Positions 1-9,868 of a stretch of DNA of 64,000 nucleotides are shown one piece after another. Made by a program: the position numbers and the translations under genes. The stretch spans positions 27,523 through 91,522 of the forward strand of contig JBKPAK010000096.1 of the NCBI GenBank assembly GCA_046726415.1. Direction: 5' to 3'. Within the stretch, counting starts at the first letter, position 1. Every line of letters begins with the position of its first letter. Below the pieces are notes generated by a model. That model did no database searches, was not told the origin of the DNA, and worked only from the letters and a program-made list of their open reading frames with translations. This DNA comes from Candidatus Methylomirabilota bacterium. GTDB lineage: Bacteria; Methylomirabilota; Methylomirabilia; Rokubacteriales; CSP1-6.

Positions 1-11
1 CTCGCCCGCCT

Positions 12-106
12 GGGCCCCGCCGCGATCACCGCATGCGATTCATCTCCGGGGCGACGTGTGTCGGGACGACCGGTCGCCCGCCCGACGGGCCCCGCCGCGA
101 TCACCG
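12..106. repeat. 20-bp exact direct repeat GGGCCCCGCCGCGATCACCG (12-31 and 87-106)
   Basis: Read directly; both copies are also preceded by TCGCCCGCC. Confidence 0.8.
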
Positions 107-136
107 GCTTAGCCATGCCCGCCCGCCGGCCCAATC

Positions 137-165
137 TTGACACTATTTAGTTTGAATGATGGAGT
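137..165 (+). promoter_or_regulatory. Putative sigma70 promoter (TTGACA-17 bp-TGGAGT with upstream TG)
   Basis: Perfect -35 at 137-142 in an AT-rich patch; the -10 match is weak. Confidence 0.45.
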
Positions 166-203
166 GGGCCGCGATCATCAGATGTCCTTTTCGGGGGGTA
201 CAG

Positions 204-1346
204 ATGAAGATCACTGCCGTCAGGACGTTCATCGTCGATCCCGGTTTGCACAAGCGTTGGCTCTTCGTCAAGGTCGAGACTGACCAGGGTTTCCACGGCT
301 GGGGCGAGTGCTATACGCAGCTCGACCGAGACCGCGCCATCGAGACGCACGTCCGGGAGCTGGGGCGCTACCTGACCGGTCGCAGCCCGTTCGCCATCAA
401 GCACTTCACCTACGTGGCCTACACCGACTTCGCTACCAAGCGCGGGGCCATGGATCTCTACTGCGCCATCAGTGGCCTCGAGCAGGCGCTGTGGGACATC
501 GCCGGGAAGGCCGCCGGCCAGCCGGTCTACAATCTTCTGGGTGGCGCCTTCCGCACCAAGGTCCGGGTGTACGCAAACGGTTGGGCGAGCGGGCGAGATC
601 CGGGTCTGGTCGCCGAACAGGCGCTGGCCGTTGTGAAGAAGGGCTTTACGGCCCTCAAGTTCGACCCATTTCCAGGCCCCTGGCGCGCCTATATCGACCG
701 CCGCGATGAACAGCTCGCCGTGGAGCAGGTGAGAGCCGTGCGCGAGGCCGTAGGCCCCGACATAGACGTCCTGGTGGAAGTTCACCGTCGACTGGCGCCC
801 ATGAACGCGATTCGAGTGGCCAGGCTGCTGGAGCCGTACGCCCCCTTCTGGTACGAGGAGCCGGTGTCGGTACGGGATCTGGGCGGGCTCCTGGAGGTGA
901 AGCGCGCCATCAATTTGCCGGTGGTAACAGGTGAGGAAATTTACACCAAGACGGAGTTTCGGGAGGTCATCACTCGGCGCGCTGCCGACATCCTCAACCC
1001 GGATGTGTGCAGCTGCGGTGGAATCTTGGAACTGCGCGAGATCGCCGCCATGGCGGAATCCCACCACATCGCCGTGTCGCCACACAACTACAACAGCACG
1101 ACACTGGGGCTGGCGGCCACCCTTCACGCCGCCGCGGGAGTGCCCAATTTCCTGATCACCGAGTACTTCGTGAACTTCGAAGAGCTGGGGCGCGAGATCG
1201 CGCGCCCGGCCTTCCAGGTCGATGACAGCGCGATCAGACTGCCCACGACCCCAGGGCTCGGCATCGATCTCGACGAGGAAGCGCTGGCACAGCATCCCTA
1301 CCGCGAGCGCCCACCCCGACCCTTGCGCCGACCTGATGACGAGTGA
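204..1346 (+). CDS. Mandelate racemase/enolase-superfamily dehydratase (galactonate dehydratase-like)
   Basis: MKITAVRTF start after a G-rich RBS; motifs GWGE, ALWDIAGK, KFDPF, EVH, EEP, GEE and PGLG. Confidence 0.9.
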   Translation: MKITAVRTFIVDPGLHKRWLFVKVETDQGFHGWGECYTQLDRDRAIETHVRELGRYLTGRSPFAIKHFTYVAYTDFATKRGAMDLYCAISGLEQALWDIAGKAAGQPVYNLLGGAFRTKVRVYANGWASGRDPGLVAEQALAVVKKGFTALKFDPFPGPWRAYIDRRDEQLAVEQVRAVREAVGPDIDVLVEVHRRLAPMNAIRVARLLEPYAPFWYEEPVSVRDLGGLLEVKRAINLPVVTGEEIYTKTEFREVITRRAADILNPDVCSCGGILELREIAAMAESHHIAVSPHNYNSTTLGLAATLHAAAGVPNFLITEYFVNFEELGREIARPAFQVDDSAIRLPTTPGLGIDLDEEALAQHPYRERPPRPLRRPDDE

Positions 1347-1380
1347 AATGCCCTGCGAAAAGGGGAGCGCCACGATTCGC

Positions 1381-1400
1381 CGCGGCGCTCCGAGCGCCGG
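1381..1400. repeat. Hairpin repeat CGCGGCGCTCCGAGCGCCGG, copy 1
   Basis: 19/20 identical to 2561-2580. Confidence 0.75.
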
Positions 1401-1467
1401 AGTAACGGGGCGCGGCCAGCGCCCGCGCGGTGCAGGGGCTTGGGCCTGCTGTCGAGGCCCCTATTTT

Positions 1468-2514
1468 CTAGGCGCCTGGGCCGCGCTCCATGGAATAGGG
1501 CTGCCAGCGCATGAGGCCCGATTTCTCCAACACCGAGGGATTCACGCAGGCCCTTGGCCATCGCCCACTCAACACCAGGGCGATCTCTTGACCGACGCGC
1601 CGGAGCCGCGCCGGGTCAAAGCGCGCGGAGGCGGAGGCCACGTGAGCCGTCAGGATGACGTTGTCCATGCGCAGCAGGGCATTGTCGGCCGCCGGCGGCT
1701 CCTGCTCTAGAACGTCCAGGCCCGCGCCGGCGATCCAGCCTTCCCTCAGGGCTCGGATGAGCGCCGCCTCGTCCACCGTCGGACCGCGACTGGTGTTGAT
1801 GAAGAGGGCTTCCGGCTTCATCATCCGGAAGTGCTCGTCCGTCAGCAGATGATGGGCCTCCGTCGTCGCCGGAGCGTGCATGGAGACGATGTCGGAGCGG
1901 CGTAGCAAGTCGGGCAGCGCCACCGGCTCGACACCATACGGGCTCATCACCAGTTCCTCGACGTAGGGGTCGTAGGCCAGCATGTGCACGCCGAACGGCC
2001 GCGCCCTGAGGGCCACGGCGCGGGCGACGTGCCCGAAGGCAATGAACCCGAGGGTCTGGCCCATCAGCCGGGGATACTGCAAGAGCATGGGCCGCCCCTC
2101 GCGCCAGCGACCATCCCTGACCAACCGATCCTGGACGACCAGCCGGCGGAAGGTGGCCAGGATCAGCATCATGGCGTGGTCGGCCACTTCCTCGATGAAC
2201 GTATCTGGGACATTGGTGACGGGAATTCCTCGCGCGGTGGCGGCCGCCACGTCGACGGAATCGACGCCCACGCTGCCCAGAGAGATGACCTTGCAGCGCT
2301 CGAGCCCGTCGATGATGCGCTTGGTGATGCGGCGCCCCTTGGCGTAGAGGGCGTCGGCGTCGCGGCTGGCGCGGCCGAAATCCTCCTCCGAAGCGGCGTC
2401 GATCTCGACGATCTCCGCTCCGATGGACCCCAGGGCCTCCATCTCGAGCTTGTAGCCCGCGCCTGGCACGCTGAAGCTGGCCCCGACCGGCGTGACGACC
2501 TTGAACTTTGCCAC
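1468..2514 (-). CDS. D-isomer-specific 2-hydroxyacid dehydrogenase (SerA/CtBP-like)
   Basis: GTG start with GGAGG RBS; motifs VGVDSVD, FGHVA (degenerate NAD-binding loop), INTSRG, LDVLEQEP and AHVA. Confidence 0.9.
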   Translation of the reverse strand: MAKFKVVTPVGASFSVPGAGYKLEMEALGSIGAEIVEIDAASEEDFGRASRDADALYAKGRRITKRIIDGLERCKVISLGSVGVDSVDVAAATARGIPVTNVPDTFIEEVADHAMMLILATFRRLVVQDRLVRDGRWREGRPMLLQYPRLMGQTLGFIAFGHVARAVALRARPFGVHMLAYDPYVEELVMSPYGVEPVALPDLLRRSDIVSMHAPATTEAHHLLTDEHFRMMKPEALFINTSRGPTVDEAALIRALREGWIAGAGLDVLEQEPPAADNALLRMDNVILTAHVASASARFDPARLRRVGQEIALVLSGRWPRACVNPSVLEKSGLMRWQPYSMERGPGA

Positions 2515-2560
2515 GTTCCACCTCCTTGGGCTTGACCCTGCCCGCATACGGTACTACGTC

Positions 2561-2580
2561 CGCGGCGCTTCGAGCGCCGG
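2561..2580. repeat. Hairpin repeat CGCGGCGCTTCGAGCGCCGG, copy 2
   Basis: 19/20 identical to 1381-1400. Confidence 0.75.
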
Positions 2581-2656
2581 AACGGGATGTGAAGCGGATC
2601 CATGGGCCAGGGCGCCCGTGTGGCCGACACGTATCTCCAACAAGGCCGTGGGATGG

Positions 2657-2685
2657 TTGACAAAACGAACGCGAGTTTCTACTGT
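2657..2685 (+). promoter_or_regulatory. Putative sigma70 promoter of the ABC operon (TTGACA-17 bp-TACTGT)
   Basis: Consensus -35 with canonical spacing, about 45 nt upstream of the start codon. Confidence 0.65.
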
Positions 2686-2731
2686 GCGCCCACGATCCCG
2701 CGAGGCCACCCTCACTGCGGAGGGAAACACG

Positions 2732-3931
2732 ATGATTCTCCCGTCGACGATGCGGTACCTCGCTGGCCTCCTCGCGCTCACCCTCGTCGGCGACACCATG
2801 GCCGCCCCCTCGGGCAAGCCCATCCGGATCGGCAGCACGTTGGCTCTGACCGGCCCGCTCGCCCAGACGGCTCTTCTGCACAAGATCGCGGGGGAGATCT
2901 ACGTCGAGGAGCTCAATCGCGGCCAGGGCCTGCTCGGCCGCCCCGTGGAATGGATCATCCTCGATGACCAGTCGAAGCCGGACCTCGCGCGGAGCCTCTA
3001 CGAGAAGCTCATCACCGTCGACAAGGTTGACCTGGTCATGGGACCCTACGCCACCAGCGCAATCCTGGCCGCCATCGGCGTCGCCCAGCGCTACCAGAAG
3101 ATCCTGATCCACAACTCGTTCGGGATGCCGCATCTGGCGAAGTACGACATGCACATCCCCGTGAATCCCTTCGGACCCGAGCCGAACAAGACGATTCCCG
3201 CGACGGTCTTCGACGCGCTGGCCGCCACGGCCAGCCCCCCCAAGACGGTCGCCGTTGTCACCAGCAAGTTTCCCTCGGCCCAGTTCATCTCGGCCGGGGC
3301 GCGGGACGTGGCCATCCAGCGCGGGCTCAAGGTTGTGCTATTCCTCGAGTACGAGTTCGGGACTCGCGACTACGGCCCCATCGCCGCCCGCGTGAAGGAC
3401 GCTAACCCCGACTTCCTGTGGGTGGGCTCGCTCGGTCTCGACAGCAACCAACTGCTCGAGGCCATGAGGAAGCTCGACTACATGCCGCCGCGGCATCTGC
3501 ACCTGTTCCCGGCGCCCGGACCGCTGGCGACCGCGCCCGACGGCAAGCTGGCGATCTCGACGACGGACTTCGAGGAGCACCCGCCGTTCACCGGCAATCC
3601 GGGGGCGGCGCGCCTGATACCACTTTTCCACGAGCGCGCCACCAAGGCCGGGGTGCCGTACATCCGGGTCGATGGACAGGCGGCGAACGAGTTCGCGGCC
3701 TGGCAAGTGCTGGAGGCGGCGGTGACCGCCACCAAGAGCCTCGACGACAAGGCGCTGACCGAATGGCTGCGGAAGAATCGGGTCGACACGATCATCGGCC
3801 GGCTCCGGTTCGATGGTCCGAACAACTTCGGCGATGACCTCACCAAGGTGAAGCAGGTGCAGGAGAGCAAGTGGGTCGTGGTGTGGCCGAAGGAGTACGC
3901 GGCGCCGGGCATGCGGTTGCTGCCCCCCTGA
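2732..3931 (+). CDS. Branched-chain amino acid (HAAT) ABC transporter substrate-binding protein
   Basis: Signal peptide; motifs PIRIG..ALTGP, GLLGRPVE, DDQSKP and DKVDLVMGPY; GGAGG RBS. Confidence 0.9.
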   Translation: MILPSTMRYLAGLLALTLVGDTMAAPSGKPIRIGSTLALTGPLAQTALLHKIAGEIYVEELNRGQGLLGRPVEWIILDDQSKPDLARSLYEKLITVDKVDLVMGPYATSAILAAIGVAQRYQKILIHNSFGMPHLAKYDMHIPVNPFGPEPNKTIPATVFDALAATASPPKTVAVVTSKFPSAQFISAGARDVAIQRGLKVVLFLEYEFGTRDYGPIAARVKDANPDFLWVGSLGLDSNQLLEAMRKLDYMPPRHLHLFPAPGPLATAPDGKLAISTTDFEEHPPFTGNPGAARLIPLFHERATKAGVPYIRVDGQAANEFAAWQVLEAAVTATKSLDDKALTEWLRKNRVDTIIGRLRFDGPNNFGDDLTKVKQVQESKWVVVWPKEYAAPGMRLLPP

Positions 3932-3947
3932 TCCCCAGGGCTGAGCC

Positions 3948-4799
3948 GTGCCGAGCCTGACCCTCCTCGGGCAGTCGGTGATCTCGGGCCTTCTGACGGG
4001 AGGCCTTTATGGCCTCCTCGCCCTCGGCCTGAGCCTGAGCTGGGGTCTGTTGCGCCTGGTCAACCTCGGCCACTTCGCGCTCGCCTTCCTTGGGGCCTAC
4101 CTGACATACCAGTTCGGCACCGCATGGCACCTCGATGCGTGGCTATCGGTGCTCATGATCGTGCCCCTCTTCTTTGGCCTCGGGGTGGGGCTCCATCTCG
4201 TCTTCGTGCGCTTCGGGGTGACGGAGTTCACCTCGCTGCTCGTCACCTTCGGCGTCACCGTCATCCTGGAATCGATCATCCAGTGGATCTGGACGGCCGA
4301 CTTCAGGCGTTACGAGACCGCGTACGGGACCGCGTCGACACGCATCGGGCCCCTGTTCATTCCCACTCTCGAGCTTCTGGCGTGCCTGACGGCCGCGGCG
4401 TTGGCCCTGGCCACGTGGACCTGGCTGCGGTTCACATACGTGGGAAAGGCTTTGCGGGCTGCCGCCGAGGACCCGGCGATCGCGGCGGCCTTCGGGGTCA
4501 ACCATCGCGCCCAAGCCCTCCTTCTGTCTGGGGTGAGTGCGGCGTATGCCGGCGTGGCCGGTAGCTACATCGCGCTGATCTCCACGCTTGCCCCCTCGCA
4601 GATCTGGGCCTGGCTCGGGGTGGTGTTCGCGGTGGTGATTATCGGTCGCCTCGGCAATCCGGTGGGCGCGCTCCTAGCCGGGCTTCTCATCGGGGTGAGC
4701 GAGTCGGTCACCATGGCGGTCGTCACCCCGGCCTGGGCGCCGCTCGTCTCCTTCTCGGTCCTCATCGGGCTCCTGGTGCTGCGCCCCGGGCGGGTGTGA
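3948..4799 (+). CDS. livH: HAAT ABC transporter permease (LivH-like)
   Basis: GLLTGGLYGLLALGLSL, VNLGH and GKALRAAAEDP motifs; hydrophobic. Confidence 0.88.
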   Translation: MPSLTLLGQSVISGLLTGGLYGLLALGLSLSWGLLRLVNLGHFALAFLGAYLTYQFGTAWHLDAWLSVLMIVPLFFGLGVGLHLVFVRFGVTEFTSLLVTFGVTVILESIIQWIWTADFRRYETAYGTASTRIGPLFIPTLELLACLTAAALALATWTWLRFTYVGKALRAAAEDPAIAAAFGVNHRAQALLLSGVSAAYAGVAGSYIALISTLAPSQIWAWLGVVFAVVIIGRLGNPVGALLAGLLIGVSESVTMAVVTPAWAPLVSFSVLIGLLVLRPGRV

Positions 4800-6577
4800 G
4801 CCGCGAACAGCGTCGGGTGGCCGCCGCCCTGTTGGCGGCGGGCATCGCGCTCGCCCTGCTCCCCGCCGTGGGGCTGCCGGCCTTCTACGAGTCGTTCCTG
4901 TACCTCGTCTTCCACTGGATCGCGCTGGCCACGAGCTGGAGCATCCTGAGCGGCTACGCGGGATATTTCAGCTTCGCCCACGGCGCTTTTTTCGGAGCCG
5001 GGATGTACACGACGGCGACCCTCGCGGCGAGCTACGGGGTGCCGTTTCTCTGGACGTTGCCGGTAGCCGCGGCGGTGGCCGCGCTGCTGGCCGCGGGCAT
5101 CGGTGCCGTCGTGTTCCGGGTGAAGCGGCTGCGCGGCGAGCTGTTCGGCCTGTTGACGCTCGCCGTGGGGTTTGTCCTGGCCACCGTCGTCCTCAACACG
5201 CGGATCGACGGCGGGCCGGGGGTGTACTTGATCAGCGTGGCCATACCCAAGCTGGTCGGATCGCCCACGGGGACGTTCTACCTTCTTGGTCTGGCGCTGG
5301 CGATCGGGGCTCTGGCCACCGCGTACGTCATTACGCGCGCCCGGCTCGGACTGGGGCTCTTCGCCATCCACGACGACGAGGACGTCGCCGAGGTCAAGGG
5401 GGTACCGACGTTTCGCTACAAGCTGCTGGCCTTCGTGATCTCTGCCGGTATCGCCGGTGCGGCGGGTGGGATTCAGGCGGTGTACGTTGGATACGTCACG
5501 GTCGGCGAGACGTTCTCGATCACCGTCCCCCTCTACGTGGTGCTCATGAGCATCCTTGGCGGAGCACGGCATTGGCTGGGCCCCGCCGTCGGCGCGGCGA
5601 TCATCACCGCATCGCTCTATGCGTTCACCGCCGGCGAGTCGGCCGTCCTCGGGCGCGCGGTCGTCGCCTTCGCCTTGATCCTCGTCATCCTCCTCCTGCC
5701 CGATGGAGTGGTGCCGGCGCTCCTCCGGCGATGGCGCAGGTGGGCGCCGCCGGCCGTGGAAGCCGTGGGGGCGACGGTTGCCCCGTCCCCGACCGTCGCA
5801 CTTTCTGGGGGTGATGGCCCCACCCTCCCCGCCGATAGATCAGCCCCCTCGCACGTGCTCGAGTGCCGGGACGTATGGAAGGCTTTCGGCGGGATCCAGG
5901 CACTCCGTGGCGTGAGCCTCTCCGTCGCCGAGGGCGAGATCGTCGGCTTGGTCGGCCCCAACGGCTCGGGCAAGACCACGCTGATCAACATCATCAGCGG
6001 ACACGATCGGGCTGATCGCGGCCGGATCGCGCTCGGCGACGCGGTGCTGTCCACGCGTCCCGCGCACCAAATCGCTGGGCTCGGGGTCGCCCGCACCTAC
6101 CAGATTCCGCGCCCCTTCGGGCACTTGACTGCGGCCGAGAACGTGGCTCTGGCCGCCACGTTCGGAGCGGGGCGATGTTCGGCCCGTGAGGCGCGGGCGG
6201 AGGCACGTGACTGGCTCGAGTTCACTGGCCTCGGCCGGCGCGCGCCCGCGCGGCCCGACGAGCTGAACCTCCACGAGCGGAAGTTTCTGGAGCTGGCCCG
6301 AGCGCTAGCCGCCCGACCCCGCCTGATCCTGCTCGATGAGGTGTTGTCGGGTCTCAACCCGGGCGAGATCGCCAGCGCGATCGCGCTGATCCGGGGGATC
6401 AGCAAGCGTGGGGCGACCATCCTCTTCGTGGAGCACGTGATCCGGGCGGTGCTCGAGCTGTCCGACCGGGTCGTGGTGTTGAACGAGGGTGAGGTGATCG
6501 CGAGCGGCACGCCGCACGAGGCCATGCGCGACCCGCACGTGATCCGGGTGTACCTCGGGACATCGCATGCTGCTTGA
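4796..6577 (+). CDS. Fused HAAT permease (LivM-like) and ATP-binding domain (LivG-like)
   Basis: N-terminal GYAGYFSFAHGAFFG permease, Pro/Ala linker, then Walker A GPNGSGKT, Walker B LILLDE and C-terminal VYLG. Confidence 0.9.
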   Translation: MSREQRRVAAALLAAGIALALLPAVGLPAFYESFLYLVFHWIALATSWSILSGYAGYFSFAHGAFFGAGMYTTATLAASYGVPFLWTLPVAAAVAALLAAGIGAVVFRVKRLRGELFGLLTLAVGFVLATVVLNTRIDGGPGVYLISVAIPKLVGSPTGTFYLLGLALAIGALATAYVITRARLGLGLFAIHDDEDVAEVKGVPTFRYKLLAFVISAGIAGAAGGIQAVYVGYVTVGETFSITVPLYVVLMSILGGARHWLGPAVGAAIITASLYAFTAGESAVLGRAVVAFALILVILLLPDGVVPALLRRWRRWAPPAVEAVGATVAPSPTVALSGGDGPTLPADRSAPSHVLECRDVWKAFGGIQALRGVSLSVAEGEIVGLVGPNGSGKTTLINIISGHDRADRGRIALGDAVLSTRPAHQIAGLGVARTYQIPRPFGHLTAAENVALAATFGAGRCSAREARAEARDWLEFTGLGRRAPARPDELNLHERKFLELARALAARPRLILLDEVLSGLNPGEIASAIALIRGISKRGATILFVEHVIRAVLELSDRVVVLNEGEVIASGTPHEAMRDPHVIRVYLGTSHAA

Positions 6578-7289
6578 GGCGCGGCACCTCGCCATCGCCT
6601 ATGGCGATGCCCCAGCCGTCTGGGACGCCTCGCTCGAGGTCGACGACGGCGAGGTGGTGTCGGTCATCGGCCCCAACGGGGCCGGCAAGAGCACGCTGAT
6701 CAACACGGTCGCCGGCCTGCTCCGCCGCCGCTCCGGGGAGTTGCGCTTCGCCGGCGTCGATCTGGGAACAGTGCCTGCCCATCTCGTGTGCCGGCGGGGG
6801 ATCGCCCTGGTGCCCGAAGGTCGGCGGCTGTTCAGCCGCATGTCGGTCGAAGAAAACCTCGACATGGGCTGCTATCGCGGGGCGGCCCGTGCCGCTCGGG
6901 CCGAGACCATCGACCGCGTGTACGGTCTCTTTCCCATCCTGCGCGAGCGGCGGCGCCAGATCGCCGGCTCGCTGTCCGGTGGCCAGCAGCAGATGGTGGC
7001 GATCGGACGTGCCCTCATGGCGCGGCCGCGTCTGCTCCTGCTGGACGAGCCGTCGCTCGGGCTGGCCCCCGCGGTGACCGATCAGATGTTCGATACCATC
7101 CGCTCGATCCACCGCGAAGGCGTGGCCATCCTGCTCGTCGAGCAGAACGTCGCCAAGGCCCTCGAGATCGCCGACCACGCCTACGTCCTCGAGGAGGGTC
7201 GCACCATCGCCGCGGGCCCTCCGTCAGTCCTCCTGGAGCAGTCGCACATCCAGGAGGCCTATCTTGGCCTGCGCGAAACGCCGTGTTGA
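6567..7289 (+). CDS. livF: HAAT ABC transporter ATP-binding protein (LivF-like)
   Basis: [33 protein letters not shown] and AYLG. Confidence 0.92.
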   Translation: MLLEARHLAIAYGDAPAVWDASLEVDDGEVVSVIGPNGAGKSTLINTVAGLLRRRSGELRFAGVDLGTVPAHLVCRRGIALVPEGRRLFSRMSVEENLDMGCYRGAARAARAETIDRVYGLFPILRERRRQIAGSLSGGQQQMVAIGRALMARPRLLLLDEPSLGLAPAVTDQMFDTIRSIHREGVAILLVEQNVAKALEIADHAYVLEEGRTIAAGPPSVLLEQSHIQEAYLGLRETPC

Positions 7290-7351
7290 GGTAGTGTGAG
7301 CCGCAGAACGACGCGGGGTCGGGCGGGGAGCGCGTCGGGGCAGACGCCGTT

Positions 7352-7423
7352 CGAGCGCCGGCTTTGCCGGCGCCATCGTTGTTCTGGGGGATGCTCGAAG
7401 GGGGCCGTCGAGGCCCCCTTCGA
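7352..7423. repeat. Composite REP-like element with two hairpins (GCGCCGGC-TTT-GCCGGCGC and TCGAAGGGGGCC-GTCGA-GGCCCCCTTCGA)
   Basis: Perfect 8-bp and 12-bp inverted repeats; a diverged full copy lies at 26076-26144 and partial copies elsewhere. Confidence 0.8.
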
Positions 7424-7446
7424 TTGAAGGCGGGAGGAACGCGTTC

Positions 7447-9774
7447 ATGGGGCAGTTCGGGATTGGACAGGCCATATCGCGCTTCGAGGATCCCCGTCTG
7501 CTCCGGGGGGGCGGCCGGTACATCGACGACGTGAACCTCCCCGGACAGGCTCACGCCGTCGTCGTGCGATCGATGCACGCTCACGCGAACATCCGGTCCG
7601 TCAATGCCGCAGCGGCCCTGTGCGCTCCGGGCGTCATCGCGGTCTTCACCGGGGCCGACGTTGCCCGCGACGGTCTGGGCACGATGCAGATGACGCTCAA
7701 TCGAAAGCGTCCGGATGGCTCACCGATGTTCGCGCGGCCCCACCGCGGCCTGACCGCGGAGCGCGCGCGCTACGTGGGCGATCCCCTCGCCCTGGTCGTG
7801 GCGGAGACGGTCGCTCAGGCCCAAGATGCCGCGGAGCAGGTCGACATCGACTACGAGCCCCTGCCGTCGGTGACCTCGACGGCGGAGGCCCTGGGCGGCG
7901 CCCCCGTCTGGGACGAGTGTCCCGACAACATCTCCAACATCTTCGAGGCCGGCGACAAGACGGCCGCGGAGGCCGCCTTTGCCCGCGCCGATCGCGTGGT
8001 GCGGCGCCGCTATGTCATCAGCCGGGTGCATGCGCAGTACATGGAACCCCGCGGCGCCCTTGGCGTCTACGATCCCGGGGAGGATCGCTACACGCTCTAC
8101 GCGGACGTTCAGTATCCTCACCGCGTCCGGAACGCGCTGGCCACGAACATCTTCAAGATTGCCGAACACCAGATCCGGGTGATCGCCGGTGATGTCGGGG
8201 GCGGCTTCGGGACCAAGGGCTGGCAGTACCCCGAGCATCGGCTCGTGCTCTGGGCGGCCCGGAAGCTCGGGCGGCCCGTGAAGTGGAGTTGCGAGCGCCG
8301 CGATGCGATCCCCGCCGACGAGCACGCCCGCGACAACGTGAGCGAGGCGGAGTTGGCCCTCGATGCCGAGGGCCGCTTCCTCGGCCTTCGCGTGCGGACC
8401 CTCGCCAATGTCGGCGCCTACGTGTCGTCGGATCGGAATCTTCTGGCCACCTTCAGCAACGTGTTCACCCTGGTCGGGGTCTATGCAATCCCGGCCGCCC
8501 ACGTGCACGTGACGAGTGTCCTGACCAACACTAACTCCACCGCCCCCTACCGCGGGGCGGGCCGGCCCGAGGCCACGTACGTCATCGAACGGCTCATCGA
8601 CGATGCCGCCCTCGAACTTGGCCGCGATCGCCTGGAGCTGCGACAGAAGAACGTGATCCCGTCCTCGGCCATGCCATACCGGACGCCACTCGGCATGACG
8701 TACGACTGCGGGGACTTCGCGAAGAATATGGAGGACGCGCTGAAGCTCGCCGACGTGGCGAGCTTTGCCGCCCGGCGGGAAGATGCCAAAGCGCGCGGCC
8801 GGCTGCGCGGCCTGGGCATTGTCAACCCCATCGAGCGAGCCGCCTCGCCCGGACCGGAGTTCGCGGAAATTCGCTTTGCCCCGAGTGGGAGCGCAACCCT
8901 GTTCATGGGCACGAAGAATCAGGGTCAGGGGCATGAAACGACGTTCAAGCAGATCCTCCACGAGCGGCTCGGCCTCGATCCTCGCGAGGTCCGCTACATC
9001 GACGGGGACACCGAGCGTGTCGGCTTCGGGATGGGCAGCATGGGCTCCCGCTCGACGGTCATTGGCGGAACCGCCGTCTGCGTCGCGGCCGACAAAGTGA
9101 TCGCCAAGGGAAAGAAGATCGCAGCCAAGCTGATGGAGGCCGCGGAGGGGGACATCGTTTTTTCCGACGGTCGCTTCACGGTGGCCGGAACCGATCGGGC
9201 AGTCGCCCTCAAGGAGGTGGCGCGCGCGGCCTTCCAACCCGGTCAGCTCCCGCCGGGGGTCGAGCCGGGCTTCTACGAGACCGGCACGTTCGCCCCGAAG
9301 CAGGACACGTGGCCCAACGGATGCCACGTCTGCGAGGTGGAGATCGACCCCGACACTGGGACGGTGGCGCTGGTTAACTACGTGGTCGTCGACGACGTGG
9401 GGACCGTCATCAACCCGCTGACCTTGAAAGGCCAGATCCATGGAGGCGTCGCGCAGGGAGTGGGCCAGGCCCTCATGGAGCAGGTGGTGTACGAGCGGGA
9501 ATCGGGCCAGCTCCTGACCGCATCCTTCATGGATTATGCGATGCCCCGCGCCGACAACCTGCCCGACATGGTGATCGCCAGCAATCCTGTTCCTACCAAG
9601 CTCAATCCGCTCGGCGCCAAGGGAGCCGGCGAGGCGGGGACAGTGGGGGCGCTACCGGTCGTGATCAACGCGGTAGTCGACGCGCTGGCACCGTTCGGCG
9701 TGCGGGACTTCGACATGCCGGCGACGAGTGAGCGCGTGTGGCAGGCGATCCAGGCCGCGCGCGCCACGAAATAG
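7447..9774 (+). CDS. Xanthine dehydrogenase-family molybdopterin-binding (large) subunit
   Basis: RFEDPRLLRG, VGGGFGTK, PYRGAGRPEA, QGQGHET, GQIHGG and KGAGEAG. Confidence 0.93.
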   Translation: MGQFGIGQAISRFEDPRLLRGGGRYIDDVNLPGQAHAVVVRSMHAHANIRSVNAAAALCAPGVIAVFTGADVARDGLGTMQMTLNRKRPDGSPMFARPHRGLTAERARYVGDPLALVVAETVAQAQDAAEQVDIDYEPLPSVTSTAEALGGAPVWDECPDNISNIFEAGDKTAAEAAFARADRVVRRRYVISRVHAQYMEPRGALGVYDPGEDRYTLYADVQYPHRVRNALATNIFKIAEHQIRVIAGDVGGGFGTKGWQYPEHRLVLWAARKLGRPVKWSCERRDAIPADEHARDNVSEAELALDAEGRFLGLRVRTLANVGAYVSSDRNLLATFSNVFTLVGVYAIPAAHVHVTSVLTNTNSTAPYRGAGRPEATYVIERLIDDAALELGRDRLELRQKNVIPSSAMPYRTPLGMTYDCGDFAKNMEDALKLADVASFAARREDAKARGRLRGLGIVNPIERAASPGPEFAEIRFAPSGSATLFMGTKNQGQGHETTFKQILHERLGLDPREVRYIDGDTERVGFGMGSMGSRSTVIGGTAVCVAADKVIAKGKKIAAKLMEAAEGDIVFSDGRFTVAGTDRAVALKEVARAAFQPGQLPPGVEPGFYETGTFAPKQDTWPNGCHVCEVEIDPDTGTVALVNYVVVDDVGTVINPLTLKGQIHGGVAQGVGQALMEQVVYERESGQLLTASFMDYAMPRADNLPDMVIASNPVPTKLNPLGAKGAGEAGTVGALPVVINAVVDALAPFGVRDFDMPATSERVWQAIQAARATK

Positions 9775-9828
9775 GCGAACGTCGGACAATCGAGGGACGT
9801 CACGGCGTCGCCGGGCGGCCTCAGCGAT

Positions 9829-9857
9829 GGGAGGCCCTGTCGAGGCCCCCTTCTCGA
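9829..9857. repeat. Partial REP-like hairpin (GGGAGGCCCTGTCGAGGCCCCCTTC)
   Basis: Shares GTCGAGGCCCCCTTC with the element at 7407-7421. Confidence 0.6.
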
Positions 9858-9868
9858 TAGGAGAACCT

